DNA from: a candidate division WOR-3 bacterium
Lineage (GTDB): Bacteria; Hydrothermota; Tepidihabitantia; SM23-42; JAOAFX01
Length of the DNA stretch: 50,768 bases
Direction: 5' to 3'
Assembly (NCBI GenBank): GCA_039802265.1
Contig: JBDRWI010000008.1
Coordinates: 1-50,768, forward strand
Shown here: positions 28,424-37,918 of the stretch, piece by piece
How the letters are laid out: every line of letters begins with the position of its first letter
Position numbering within the stretch: position 1 is the stretch's first letter
Program-made: the position numbers and the translations under genes
Notes under the pieces: model-generated
The model's input: only the letters and a program-made list of their open reading frames with translations
Databases searched by the model: none
Told to the model about the DNA's origin: nothing

Positions 28424-28502
28424 ATCCGGTTTTTTTAGTCCTCTTGCCATCTTGAGCCCTGTTCAGCCCTTTATCCCTTTTTGCTTTACCATAAGTCTTT
28501 CA

Positions 28503-28982
28503 TCAAGTCTTTACGCCGGTCAATTTCTTTATGACATCAACCGGGGGTGAATTAGGCAATTGCCTGCCTATCAACTTTATTCCCATCTGGTAGATTTTGA
28601 CTGCTGCCTCAATATCTTCGGGAGTGAGATAGATATATGGTGCAATCGTCCTTGACCCTTCGGTAAAACCCAATCCACCAATATTCACCTCTTTTATCTT
28701 CAGACCATTCAAGAGCAGGGAATGGGCATCTTTAATACTTTCAACAATCGTCATTATTCTCTTCTCATCCGATTGTTTTAAAAGAAACCGGGCACTGGAT
28801 TGAATGTCAAAACAGTAAAATTGAATACCCTCGGGAATTGCCAAACGATAGACATTGCAAGACCATTCATCCTTACTTATCTTATCTGAGGCAAGGATCA
28901 AGACCTCAATACCCAGGGGCCTTGCCCATCCCGCTATTACCTGACCATGGATCAACCGGTCATCAACCCTCAGAATAAGCAT
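28503..28982 (-). CDS. PTS mannose/sorbose-family IIB component
   Basis: LRVDDRLIHGQV with the phosphorylatable His; EVNIGG; QLP motif. Confidence 0.92.
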   Translation of the reverse strand: MLILRVDDRLIHGQVIAGWARPLGIEVLILASDKISKDEWSCNVYRLAIPEGIQFYCFDIQSSARFLLKQSDEKRIMTIVESIKDAHSLLLNGLKIKEVNIGGLGFTEGSRTIAPYIYLTPEDIEAAVKIYQMGIKLIGRQLPNSPPVDVIKKLTGVKT

Positions 28983-28984
28983 CT

Positions 28985-30670
28985 TTAGTCCCAGAAATCC
29001 CATTTTATAATTATATTAAATTCTGTCCCTTTAAGGTTCTGATTAGGGATGGATTGGTTTAAAGAATTATTCAGATTTGCAGAAAGAGACAGGGTGATAA
29101 ATCTAATGGATATAAATGGGGAGATAATATAAAACGGTTCATAACGGTCGCCGAAGGGACCCGTCAGCTCTCCGGCGTATTTAAATCGCACACCAAGTCC
29201 GATAACCGAACGGGATTTCTTCCTCTGCCAGAGATATGTCAGACTTGCATAGCTTTGGGGAAGACAAAGAAGGGGGCTGTATTGAAAAAAATAATTGCCG
29301 GTAAATTCTACCAAAGAATTAAAGAAAACCGGAGACTGAAAATATCCGGACAGACCTTCTGTTGGAAGAAAATCAAGATTTCGGGGTGTGTAGTAATCTA
29401 TACTATCATATTGATAATATATGTAATTGGTAATATCGGCCTTATAAAAATTCAAAAGAAAATGCCTGCTTTTTAATTGCACCTCCCGGACCAGAAATTT
29501 TTCTGACTTCAGCAACGGAGCGGGATTTAAGAAATAATTACTATAAAAAGAAGCAGGCATACCTAATCGCTGGCTGATTAATGGCTTGTAATGGCTCAAA
29601 CCTACACTCATGATAATGAAAGTTGAATCATAAATTCTACTGCCCGCAAACCCGCGCGGCGAGAAGTTGAGTTGCTTATCTTTATCAACCTCCCATTGTC
29701 CGGAGATGCCAAATAAAAAACGGGAGAAAGATTTCATTAAATCCTGCCACAGAGATAGATAACGGCAATCTTGACTATTGTAGAAATCGCTGTTCAAAAA
29801 CTCCTCCGTGCCATTGATACCCCAGTTTAGCTCGAAATCACCCTGCTTCATATACGACTCCTCACACAGTGAAATCTTTCTTACCGTATTCTTAATAACT
29901 GTATCATAATTATCTGTAGCAAAGTCATCGGTATACAATGTATAAAGAAGAGCCATTTTATTTTTGTGGTTTCCTAAAGTTAAACTTCCATCAAAAAAAG
30001 TAGACTTTAAAAATCCATCATAGTTCGCTGTGGTATAGAAGAAATCAAATCTTGCCGGAATAAATTGATTGTAGTAGAAGTTGGTATAAAGAGAATTGGA
30101 CTTCAAAAAGAGCGCATCAAAACGATTTAAAAAATTGGAATAGACACCACTGAGATAAATGAAGGAATTTCTGCTGAGTGCCCGACTAAAGTCAATATTA
30201 TACATTTTATCTTCACCCAGCAAAGTAAAAAAGATGGAAGAAAATGGCCTTTCGTATTCATATACCTTGGAAGTCAATTCCACCGAGTATTCACCCTTGC
30301 CATCATTTCTGGTCTTGATATTGACCGTCTTTAAAAATTGAATGGGCAAAAGAACCGGATTGACCCCGCCGAAGAAGCAATTCCCTAAACTGTGGCCATT
30401 CAACCTTAAATCCGTATGAAAAGGAGCAAAAATTAACAGCCGATGGACGTTATTTAAGGTAAATAGGGGCAGACAAAACAAGGCGTCACTTAAAGACAGG
30501 TCATAATTTTCCGGGTGGTTAGATTTAAGGATATAAAAAAAAGAGTCACTGGGAGAAGATTCACCAAAGCTAACCAAATCAGATAATCGGTATACTTCTA
30601 TTGAATCTGATTTCAGTGAATCACCGGTTAGAGAATCGCTGTTTAAAATAAACAATAGTGCGATAAACAC
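28985..30670 (-). CDS. Putative outer-membrane beta-barrel (porin/TonB-receptor-like) protein
   Basis: Signal-like N-terminus, plug-like segment LRLNGHSL...GGVNPVLLPIQFLKTVNI, aromatic-rich strands, C-terminus KWDFWD. GTG start follows TTGACA-16-TATAAT-5. Confidence 0.6.
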   Translation of the reverse strand: MFIALLFILNSDSLTGDSLKSDSIEVYRLSDLVSFGESSPSDSFFYILKSNHPENYDLSLSDALFCLPLFTLNNVHRLLIFAPFHTDLRLNGHSLGNCFFGGVNPVLLPIQFLKTVNIKTRNDGKGEYSVELTSKVYEYERPFSSIFFTLLGEDKMYNIDFSRALSRNSFIYLSGVYSNFLNRFDALFLKSNSLYTNFYYNQFIPARFDFFYTTANYDGFLKSTFFDGSLTLGNHKNKMALLYTLYTDDFATDNYDTVIKNTVRKISLCEESYMKQGDFELNWGINGTEEFLNSDFYNSQDCRYLSLWQDLMKSFSRFLFGISGQWEVDKDKQLNFSPRGFAGSRIYDSTFIIMSVGLSHYKPLISQRLGMPASFYSNYFLNPAPLLKSEKFLVREVQLKSRHFLLNFYKADITNYIYYQYDSIDYYTPRNLDFLPTEGLSGYFQSPVFFNSLVEFTGNYFFQYSPLLCLPQSYASLTYLWQRKKSRSVIGLGVRFKYAGELTGPFGDRYEPFYIISPFISIRFITLSLSANLNNSLNQSIPNQNLKGTEFNIIIKWDFWD

Positions 30671-30815
30671 ATTTGATTATAATGCAAAACCAGATTTTGT
30701 CAAGGCATCCCACTGAATCCTCCTCAAATTTTTGAAACTTAAATTGGCGGTATTTAAAAGAATCACCAGCCGCCCTTTGGAAGGAAAAAGCAAGGATGCC
30801 AGGGGCATCCCAGAA

Positions 30816-30843
30816 TTGACAAAGGAATTTTTTAGTATATAAT
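30816..30843 (+). promoter_or_regulatory. Sigma70-type promoter of the GYD-thiC unit
   Basis: TTGACA-16 nt-TATAAT, short leader with GGGAGG SD. Confidence 0.75.
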
Positions 30844-30863
30844 AACGATATGCGGGAGGCAAA

Positions 30864-31106
30864 ATGATCTTCGTGACAACCCTTGATGTAATTCCGGGAA
30901 GGGCAGAAAAGATGCTAAAGGAAATAAAGGAAATTGAAATCCCAAAAGGGATAAAAATAAGGGAATTCTTGTCCCTCTTTGGCAAACCAGATTTTACCCT
31001 GATTTTTGAGGCACCGAATGAAGAAGAAGCTATGAATTTCATTGTCAAGTTTGTTGCCTATGCTGTGCCCAAGACATCCCTGGCAGTTCCGGTGGAGTAT
31101 TCGTAA
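30864..31106 (+). CDS. GYD-like small alpha/beta protein
   Basis: 80 aa, LFGKPDFTLIFEAPNEEEA pattern; SD present; TAATG overlap with thiC. Confidence 0.7.
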   Translation: MIFVTTLDVIPGRAEKMLKEIKEIEIPKGIKIREFLSLFGKPDFTLIFEAPNEEEAMNFIVKFVAYAVPKTSLAVPVEYS

Positions 31107-32350
31107 TGGATTTAGCAGAAATTGCAAAAAAAGAAGGAATTACTACCAAGCAACTAAAGGATGGACTCCAGACCGGGCAGGTGGTATTTGTAAAAAATCG
31201 CCTCCGGAGGATAAGTCCCCTGGCACTGGGAAAAGGCTTGAAGACCAAAGTAAATGCCAATATCGGCACCTCGCCCGACCTGGTGAATATAAAACTTGAA
31301 CTGGCAAAATTACGCGCGGCAATTGAGGCCGGTGCTGACAGCATAATGGACCTTTCTACCGGTGGCGATATTGACAAAATAAGAAGGGAAATCCTCAATG
31401 CCTCCCCGGTTGTCGTGGGAACCGTTCCGATCTATCAAGTGGCAATCGAGATGCGTAAGAAAAAGAAACCATTTACCCGGGCGACTGTTGATGAAATATT
31501 TGAATTGATTGAAAGACATCTTGCCGATGGTGTTGACTTTATTACTGTCCATTGTGGAGTAACTCAGGAAAGTATCAAAGGAATTGAGAGGAGGAAGCGG
31601 GTTTGTGGCGTGGTAAGCCGCGGTGGTTCAATGATGATTGAGTGGATGAAATTCAATAATAGAGAAAACCCATTATATGAATACTATGACCGTCTTTTGA
31701 AACTCGCCCGAAAATATTCTGCCACCTTGAGTTTAGGTGATGGCTTGCGACCCGGTTCAATTGCCGATGCAACGGATGAATACCAGATAAAAGAATTATT
31801 GGTAATTGGAGAACTGGTTAAATGGGCGAGAAAAGAAAATGTTTCAGTGATAGTAGAAGGTCCCGGTCACATTCCTATAAACGAAATTGAGGCAAATATA
31901 AAACTCCAAAAAACAATCTGTGATGGCGCGCCATTTTATGTTCTTGGACCTTTGGTCACCGACCGGGGTGCCGGCTACGACCATATTGTGGCGGCAATTG
32001 GTGGGGCATTGGCTGGATACTACGGGGCTGACTTTTTATGCTATGTGACACCTTCTGAGCACCTCGGACTGCCCAATGTTCAGGAAGTGCGGGAAGGAGT
32101 AATTGCCTTAAAGATTGCGGCTCATGCGGCAGACATTGCCCGTGGCAATAAAGATGCCCTGAAACAAGACCTGGAAATATCCCGTGCCCGGTACAGTTTA
32201 GACTGGCGAAGGATGTTAGACCTTTTGATTGATCCCAAAAAGGCGAAGGAGATTTTCAATCGCCGGAAGTCAAGGTCATCCCTTACCTGCACAATGTGTG
32301 GCGAATTCTGCGCAATGAAGAAGACAAGAGAAATTCTAAAAAGGCAATAA
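31106..32350 (+). CDS. thiC: Phosphomethylpyrimidine synthase ThiC (short form)
   Basis: KVNANIGTS, MDLSTGGD, VSRGGS, SLGDGLRPG, EGPGH, LCYVTPSEHL and C-terminal CTMCGEFC. Confidence 0.93.
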   Translation: MDLAEIAKKEGITTKQLKDGLQTGQVVFVKNRLRRISPLALGKGLKTKVNANIGTSPDLVNIKLELAKLRAAIEAGADSIMDLSTGGDIDKIRREILNASPVVVGTVPIYQVAIEMRKKKKPFTRATVDEIFELIERHLADGVDFITVHCGVTQESIKGIERRKRVCGVVSRGGSMMIEWMKFNNRENPLYEYYDRLLKLARKYSATLSLGDGLRPGSIADATDEYQIKELLVIGELVKWARKENVSVIVEGPGHIPINEIEANIKLQKTICDGAPFYVLGPLVTDRGAGYDHIVAAIGGALAGYYGADFLCYVTPSEHLGLPNVQEVREGVIALKIAAHAADIARGNKDALKQDLEISRARYSLDWRRMLDLLIDPKKAKEIFNRRKSRSSLTCTMCGEFCAMKKTREILKRQ

Positions 32351-32353
32351 TGA

Positions 32354-32408
32354 AACCTCTCACCCTTTCCTTTCACTGGTTGAGAAGGATCAGGGTAGAG
32401 GTGGGGAG
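32354..32408. repeat. REP-like palindrome (ACCTCTCACCCT...AGGGTAGAGGT)
   Basis: Imperfect inverted repeat between thiC and the MCP gene; arms resemble 4227-4283. Confidence 0.5.
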
Positions 32409-32415
32409 GTTATAA

Positions 32416-34002
32416 ATGGAAAAACAGGAAATTAGAGAAAAAGAACTGTATTACACCAAGCAGGGTGGAAAGGCAACGATGGTATTCTGCCTTGTTATTG
32501 GAATTATCTTTTTCTTTGGCTGGCTCTTTAAATTTATGACTGTGCCCGCATTACTTCCGATCCTGACTGTTGTGACTTTTTTCTTCGGACTATTTATCTA
32601 CTATCTTTGTAAAAGAAACATCTATTCACCGTTATTACCTTATCTCGTTACTACTTTCACTGCACTCATCCTTAGTTACTGTCTGGGATTTGTGAATCCT
32701 CAAATTAGAAACCTATTTTTTATTATCTATTTTTACATCGTCCTTCATCCTGCCTATTATTTAGGAATAAAAAATGGATTATATGCGGTTGCGCTGATTG
32801 ATATTGCCTATGCAATTATGACCCTGACTACCACCCAAACTTATCCAACCCTCAACATTGGATTGGAATTCAGCAAACTTATCCTATTCACAGTCATTAC
32901 ATTTATCATAATGATTGATTTTGAAAAGAATTTGTTAAGATTGAGGGCTTTAAGAGGTCTATTAACTAAAGCCGAAAAAGGAGACCTCACCGTCCGATAT
33001 ACCCCCAAGGATGAACACGACGAGATACATTTTTTAGGTGTAAGCATCAATAATTTATTTGAGACCGAATTGAAGATAGTAAGTGTCATTCAGGCACTCG
33101 CCCAAAATCTCTCCCGTATCAGCACCCAGATCGCAACAACCGCCCGAGAGATATCTACTGGAATATCGGATATCGTTGCTACAACCCAGAAGATGACCGA
33201 TGGTGTTGATCAGCAATACCGGGAACTCGAACAGTCAATAAATGCGGGTAAGATGCTGAGCGAAATCAACTTTGAAGTGGTTAATAACATCAAAAAAATA
33301 GAAAACAACTCCGTGGAGTTTTCAACCAATCTTACCACCGCCTTGAATAAAAGCGATTTGATAATCAAGAATATTGAAATTATCAGTAACCGTTATGAAA
33401 ACCTCATCAGTCTGATGGCAAAGTTGAACGATATCTCAAACGCAATCAGCACAATAATCGCAACGATAAACAGCATCTCGGAGAAAATTAACATCCTGGC
33501 ACTAAATGCATCAATTGAGGCGGCCAGGGCTGGAGAGTATGGCAGGGGATTCTCTATCGTTGCCGATGAGGTGAAAAAACTTGCCGACAGCACTCAGAAT
33601 TCTGCCACTGAAATTGATAAAATTATTAAAGAAATGACTGAATCAGTCAAGACCGTCGCCCAGAGTTCGGAGGAGGTAATGAAGGCAATTAAAGAAGGGA
33701 ATCAGGTGGTCAAATCAACCACCGAATCCTTAAAGTCAATCTCCGGCGGAATTATTGAACTGAGTAATGCAATAAAGGAAATCAAGAATATAATCGCCCG
33801 TGAGGAGGCAGAGATAGGGGGTATAATAAGGCAGATTGAATCGTCCTACAACATATCAAAAGAAAATTCCATTGCTGCTGAGCAGATCCTTTCCTCAATG
33901 GAAGAGCAATCCGCAGCCACTGAAGAGTTTTCAAACACCAGTCAAGAACTCGTCTCAATTATTAATAAATTAAATGAAATTACAAAAAACTTCAAAACCT
34001 GA
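32416..34002 (+). CDS. Methyl-accepting chemotaxis-like protein with multi-TM sensor and HAMP domain
   Basis: [33 protein letters not shown] hairpin tip; about 6 TM segments; GDLTVR...DEI HAMP. Confidence 0.93.
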   Translation: MEKQEIREKELYYTKQGGKATMVFCLVIGIIFFFGWLFKFMTVPALLPILTVVTFFFGLFIYYLCKRNIYSPLLPYLVTTFTALILSYCLGFVNPQIRNLFFIIYFYIVLHPAYYLGIKNGLYAVALIDIAYAIMTLTTTQTYPTLNIGLEFSKLILFTVITFIIMIDFEKNLLRLRALRGLLTKAEKGDLTVRYTPKDEHDEIHFLGVSINNLFETELKIVSVIQALAQNLSRISTQIATTAREISTGISDIVATTQKMTDGVDQQYRELEQSINAGKMLSEINFEVVNNIKKIENNSVEFSTNLTTALNKSDLIIKNIEIISNRYENLISLMAKLNDISNAISTIIATINSISEKINILALNASIEAARAGEYGRGFSIVADEVKKLADSTQNSATEIDKIIKEMTESVKTVAQSSEEVMKAIKEGNQVVKSTTESLKSISGGIIELSNAIKEIKNIIAREEAEIGGIIRQIESSYNISKENSIAAEQILSSMEEQSAATEEFSNTSQELVSIINKLNEITKNFKT

Positions 34003-35354
34003 TGGCTGATGTCTTAATCGTTGAGGACAAAACAAGTTTCGGTGAGGTGTTGAAGACAACCCTGGAGGAAGCAGGCATTAGCAGTCTAATCAGCACCTCT
34101 GGCCGGGAGGCATTGAATATATTTAAAAAAGAAAAATTTGAAATTTGTCTTTTAGATTTAAGGCTCCCGGATATTGATGGCCTTGACCTTTTGAAGGAGT
34201 TAAAGAATATTGACGCCGAGACAAGATTTGTAATTATGACTGCATTCGGGACGATTGAACGGGCAGTAGAGGCAATGAAACTCGGGGCTTGTGATTTTCT
34301 GACCAAACCCTTTGATATGGAACAACTCACTCTATTACTCAGGAGAATCCTTGAGGAGAAGAAAAGATACTACGAGAACATTCTTTTAAAGGAAGAGGTG
34401 AAAAGAAAAGCAGGTTTTCCTGAAATTGTCGGTATTAGTGCGGCAATAAAGAAGGCTATTGAATTACTGCAGAAAGTTGCACCCACCGATACTACAGTAT
34501 TGCTGCTGGGTGAATCGGGCACCGGGAAAGAACTCTTTGCCCGTGCCTGCCACTGGCTTTCACCCAGGAAAGAAAATGCCTTCGTTGCCATTAACTGCGC
34601 CGCAATACCGTCAGAACTCCTTGAGAATGAGCTCTTCGGCTCAGAAAAGGGTGCCTTCACCGGCGCCCTAACCAAAAAAATGGGCAAATTTGAACTTGCT
34701 GACAAGGGAACTGTGTTTCTTGATGAGGTAGGAGACCTCGATTTGAATCTGCAGGCAAAGCTTTTAAGGGTCCTTCAGGAAAGGTCATTTGAGAGACTCG
34801 GTGGAACATCAACCATCAGAATTGATGTCAGGATAATTGCCGCCAGCAATAAAGACCTGACAAGTTTGGTTCAGCAAAAGAGATTTCGGGAAGACTTGTT
34901 TTACCGATTGAGTGTCTTTCCGATAACAATTCCCCCTTTGCGGGAGAGAAAAGAAGACATCCCGATGCTCGTTGAATTTTTTTTAAAAAAACTGAAATCA
35001 ACAAAAAAGATTACCGAGTCCGCAGTAGAGAAATTAATGGACTATGACTGGCCCGGTAATATCCGGGAACTTGAGAATACAATTGAGCGGGCAAATATCC
35101 TTGCCTCGGATATAATCAAGCCGGAACACATTCTATTGCCGCTAAAAGAGAAGAAATTTGTGGCACCACCTTTGAAAATGATGGATTTAAAATCTGCCGG
35201 AAGCCTGGGCCGGGAAATGGCTGAGGCAGAACTCATCAGAGAAACACTAAAGAAGACCGATTATAATAAATCAGCAGCTGCCCGAATTCTTAAGGTCTCC
35301 TACAAGACCCTGCTCAATCGAATTGCCCGATTAAAACAGAAAGGACTTTTATAA
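34002..35354 (+). CDS. Sigma-54-dependent NtrC-family response regulator
   Basis: REC (LLDLRLPDIDG), GESGTGKE, GAFTGA, WPGNIREL and Fis-type HTH. Confidence 0.96.
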   Translation: MADVLIVEDKTSFGEVLKTTLEEAGISSLISTSGREALNIFKKEKFEICLLDLRLPDIDGLDLLKELKNIDAETRFVIMTAFGTIERAVEAMKLGACDFLTKPFDMEQLTLLLRRILEEKKRYYENILLKEEVKRKAGFPEIVGISAAIKKAIELLQKVAPTDTTVLLLGESGTGKELFARACHWLSPRKENAFVAINCAAIPSELLENELFGSEKGAFTGALTKKMGKFELADKGTVFLDEVGDLDLNLQAKLLRVLQERSFERLGGTSTIRIDVRIIAASNKDLTSLVQQKRFREDLFYRLSVFPITIPPLRERKEDIPMLVEFFLKKLKSTKKITESAVEKLMDYDWPGNIRELENTIERANILASDIIKPEHILLPLKEKKFVAPPLKMMDLKSAGSLGREMAEAELIRETLKKTDYNKSAAARILKVSYKTLLNRIARLKQKGLL

Positions 35355-35359
35355 ATTCA

Positions 35360-36430
35360 GTGTCAATGGATATTTCTGTGAAAAATTTCGATGAAAGGAT
35401 TATGCAGGAGGCATTGACCCTGGCAACAAAAGGCTGGGGTAAGACCGGGATTAACCCTTTGGTTGGAGCAGTTGTAGTAAAAAAAGGCCGGATTGTTGGA
35501 CGGGGTTTTCACCGCAAACTTGGTGAAGCACACGCTGAAGTCTGTGCTCTGATTGAATCAGGGAAGAATGCCCAGGGGGCGACCATCTATGTAAACCTTG
35601 AACCCTGCTGTTTTTCCGGACGAACCCCACCCTGTGTTGAGGCAATAATAAAGGCAGGGATAAAAAGGGTGGTTATTGGTATGACCGACCCCAATCCGAT
35701 GGTCAATGGAAATGGTATAAAAATTTTGCAAGAGAAAAATATCGAAGTCATAGGAGGAATATTAGAAAAACAGGCAAGAGATTTAAACCGCTGGTACCAA
35801 AAATATATTACAACAAAAAAACCGTATATAATATTAAAGATCGCCGCTTCTAAGGATGGCAGGATTACTAATTTCAAAGACAAATACATTACCTCGCTAA
35901 AGTCACGAAGATATGTCCATTCACTCCGTAGCCAGGTTGGCGCAATACTGGTCGGCATAAATACAATATTAAAGGACAACCCCTATCTTACCGACCGATT
36001 GATCGGAAGGAATAATCCCGCAAGGATTGTCCTTGACCCCCATTTAAAAATTCCACTTGAGGCAAATTTTTTAATACCCGATGCAAGAAGGATAATCATT
36101 ACGAGCGAAGATAATGACCGAAACAAAATCCAGCAACTTAAAGAGAAAGGGGCTGAAATTCTCTCGTTCAAAGGGGATTATTATCCACTGGAGTTGGTCT
36201 TTGAGGAACTGGGAAAACGAGAAATCGGTTCAATCCTTATAGAAGGTGGTGGAATAGTCTTCTCCCAAATTTTAACAAAAAGTTTGTATGATGAACTATC
36301 CATCTTTGTTGCACCGGAAATTATTGGCACAGGATTAGATTTCCTCAAAGAAAACTCAATAGAACTCCAGAAGATGAATTCAATGGATTTAAATGGAGAC
36401 AAACTTTATTATGTTCACCGGTATAATTGA
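35360..36430 (+). CDS. ribD: Bifunctional riboflavin deaminase/reductase RibD
   Basis: NPLVGAV, HAE, LEPC...TPPC, IEGG. Exact start uncertain (35360 or 35366). Confidence 0.96.
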   Translation: MSMDISVKNFDERIMQEALTLATKGWGKTGINPLVGAVVVKKGRIVGRGFHRKLGEAHAEVCALIESGKNAQGATIYVNLEPCCFSGRTPPCVEAIIKAGIKRVVIGMTDPNPMVNGNGIKILQEKNIEVIGGILEKQARDLNRWYQKYITTKKPYIILKIAASKDGRITNFKDKYITSLKSRRYVHSLRSQVGAILVGINTILKDNPYLTDRLIGRNNPARIVLDPHLKIPLEANFLIPDARRIIITSEDNDRNKIQQLKEKGAEILSFKGDYYPLELVFEELGKREIGSILIEGGGIVFSQILTKSLYDELSIFVAPEIIGTGLDFLKENSIELQKMNSMDLNGDKLYYVHRYN

Positions 36431-36965
36431 ACAGAAGGGAAGAATCTCAAGGATTGTCAAAGGAAGGATAAGAAAAGTTTATATTCAATCAAACTTATCC
36501 ATAAAAAGTGGCGATAGTATAGCCGTGCAGGGCATATGCCTGACGGTAATTGATACCTTCAAGGATGGCTTTTTGGTTGAGGCAATGGAACAGACTGGCA
36601 AAAGAACAACCCTTTCCCAATGGAGTGTTGGTGACTATGTAAACCTTGAGCGGGCGATGGAAATAGGAGGTAGAATCGGTGGGCATATTATCTTAGGACA
36701 TATTGACGAAGTCGGTAAGTTGATAAGGACAAAAGGGAATGAATACTACTTCCAGATTCAGTCTCAAAACAGGAAATATTTAATACCCAGGGGTTCAATT
36801 GCGATTGATGGTGTAAGCCTCACGATTGGCAACTCTTCGGGGAATATCTTCTCAGTCTTTTTAATTCCCTATACCCTAAATAATACCACCCTCGGTGGGC
36901 TCAGGGTTGGCTCCTTTGTCAATATTGAATATGACTATCTGGTAAAGGCTATAAAATCAAGGTGA
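36411..36965 (+). CDS. ribE: Riboflavin synthase (alpha chain)
   Basis: MFTGII N-terminus, GICLTV, VNLERA, GGHII.GHID, DGVSLT. Confidence 0.96.
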   Translation: MFTGIIEQKGRISRIVKGRIRKVYIQSNLSIKSGDSIAVQGICLTVIDTFKDGFLVEAMEQTGKRTTLSQWSVGDYVNLERAMEIGGRIGGHIILGHIDEVGKLIRTKGNEYYFQIQSQNRKYLIPRGSIAIDGVSLTIGNSSGNIFSVFLIPYTLNNTTLGGLRVGSFVNIEYDYLVKAIKSR

Positions 36966-37125
36966 TAGTTTAGTTCCTTTCAAAGCCATCTTTTGTTTAT
37001 TTAGCCATTTCTAAGTTATAGTTTTGCGGAAAAAAATTGGTCTAATACATAATCCTCCTGAATTTTTCAAATGAGTGAGTGAGCCCATTGACATTTCTCA
37101 AAATTTTTATATAATATAGAATATC

Positions 37126-37198
37126 GCCAGGGTAGCTCAGTTGGTAGAGCACCGGACTGAAAATCCGGGTGTCCGCAGTTCGATTCTGCGCCCTGGCA
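37126..37198 (+). tRNA. tRNA-Phe(GAA), CCA not encoded
   Basis: GCCAGGGTAGCTCAGTTGGTAGAGCACCGGACTGAAAATCCGGGTGTCCGCAGTTCGATTCTGCGCCCTGGCA cloverleaf; promoter TTGACA(37088)-16-TATAAT(37110). Confidence 0.97.
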
Positions 37199-37460
37199 TT
37201 TTGTAAATTGTAAGAGATTTTTTACAACCCATATTTTCTCACCTTTGTCGTCCTGACCCTGGGCACACCTAAAACTAAAAATCTTGATGTTTGATACTTT
37301 TATTGAGATGCTTCGTCAGGGCAGGATATGATAAAAGATTTAGGTCTTGGTTTGGAAACGAGATTAGTCTATTGGCTGTCGTTTGCTGGTTACTATAAAC
37401 CCTGTCATTTATAAACCGAAACCGATGGCAAATTTCTTTACTTACTGATATTAGTGATTT

Positions 37461-37550
37461 CCATTTTTGCCCTCTTGCCGTTTATGCCATCTTTCACTTC
37501 TTGAGCCTTTTTGAGCCATATTACCCTCTTATCTGATATACCCAAGGAGG
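37461..37550 (-). repeat. ~90-bp dispersed repeat, copy B (inverted relative to 28188-28280)
   Basis: Direct alignment with copy A. Confidence 0.85.
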
Positions 37551-37681
37551 AGCATCCCTTTTTAAATGCAAGATACATCAGGGGAGAACCCCTGAACCCC
37601 CCAGAGACGCTCCATCTTAAAGTTGTGCACTTTCCAGCGACTATCAGAAACCCCAGATGTATCTTGTCCATATTCTTTTCT

Positions 37682-37735
37682 ATAATGAAAATTTTCATTA
37701 TTCTTGTATTGGAATTTTTTCAAATTCCAATACAA
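37682..37735. other. Two adjacent perfect palindromes
   Basis: ATAATGAAAATTTTCATTAT (37682-37701) and TTGTATTGGAATTT-TTTC-AAATTCCAATACAA (37704-37735). Confidence 0.8.
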
Positions 37736-37918
37736 TAAATATCAAAAGAGCTTTTGCAGAATGGATATAATATGAGCTTTGCTAATTTGGATATAGTTAG
37801 ACAAAATTTAGTATCTTTCACCTTCTTAAATAGAGTTTGCAAAAACGGCACACTGAAGCAGATGTTATCTTGACAAACCCTCTGATTCATATTATAATAC
37901 CGCGGTTGGGAGGTTCAG

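Noticed and set aside
30704..30815. Possible TPP riboswitch upstream of thiC
   Set aside because: No TPP consensus segments are visible, and the region lies upstream of the promoter.
36966..37060. Minus-strand AGGAGG followed by ATG TAT TAG
   Set aside because: Two-codon ORF with further stops; cannot be distinguished from a decayed gene start.
37438..37738. Opposing 86-aa and 75-aa ORFs
   Set aside because: Both run through repeats and palindromes and show no protein motif.
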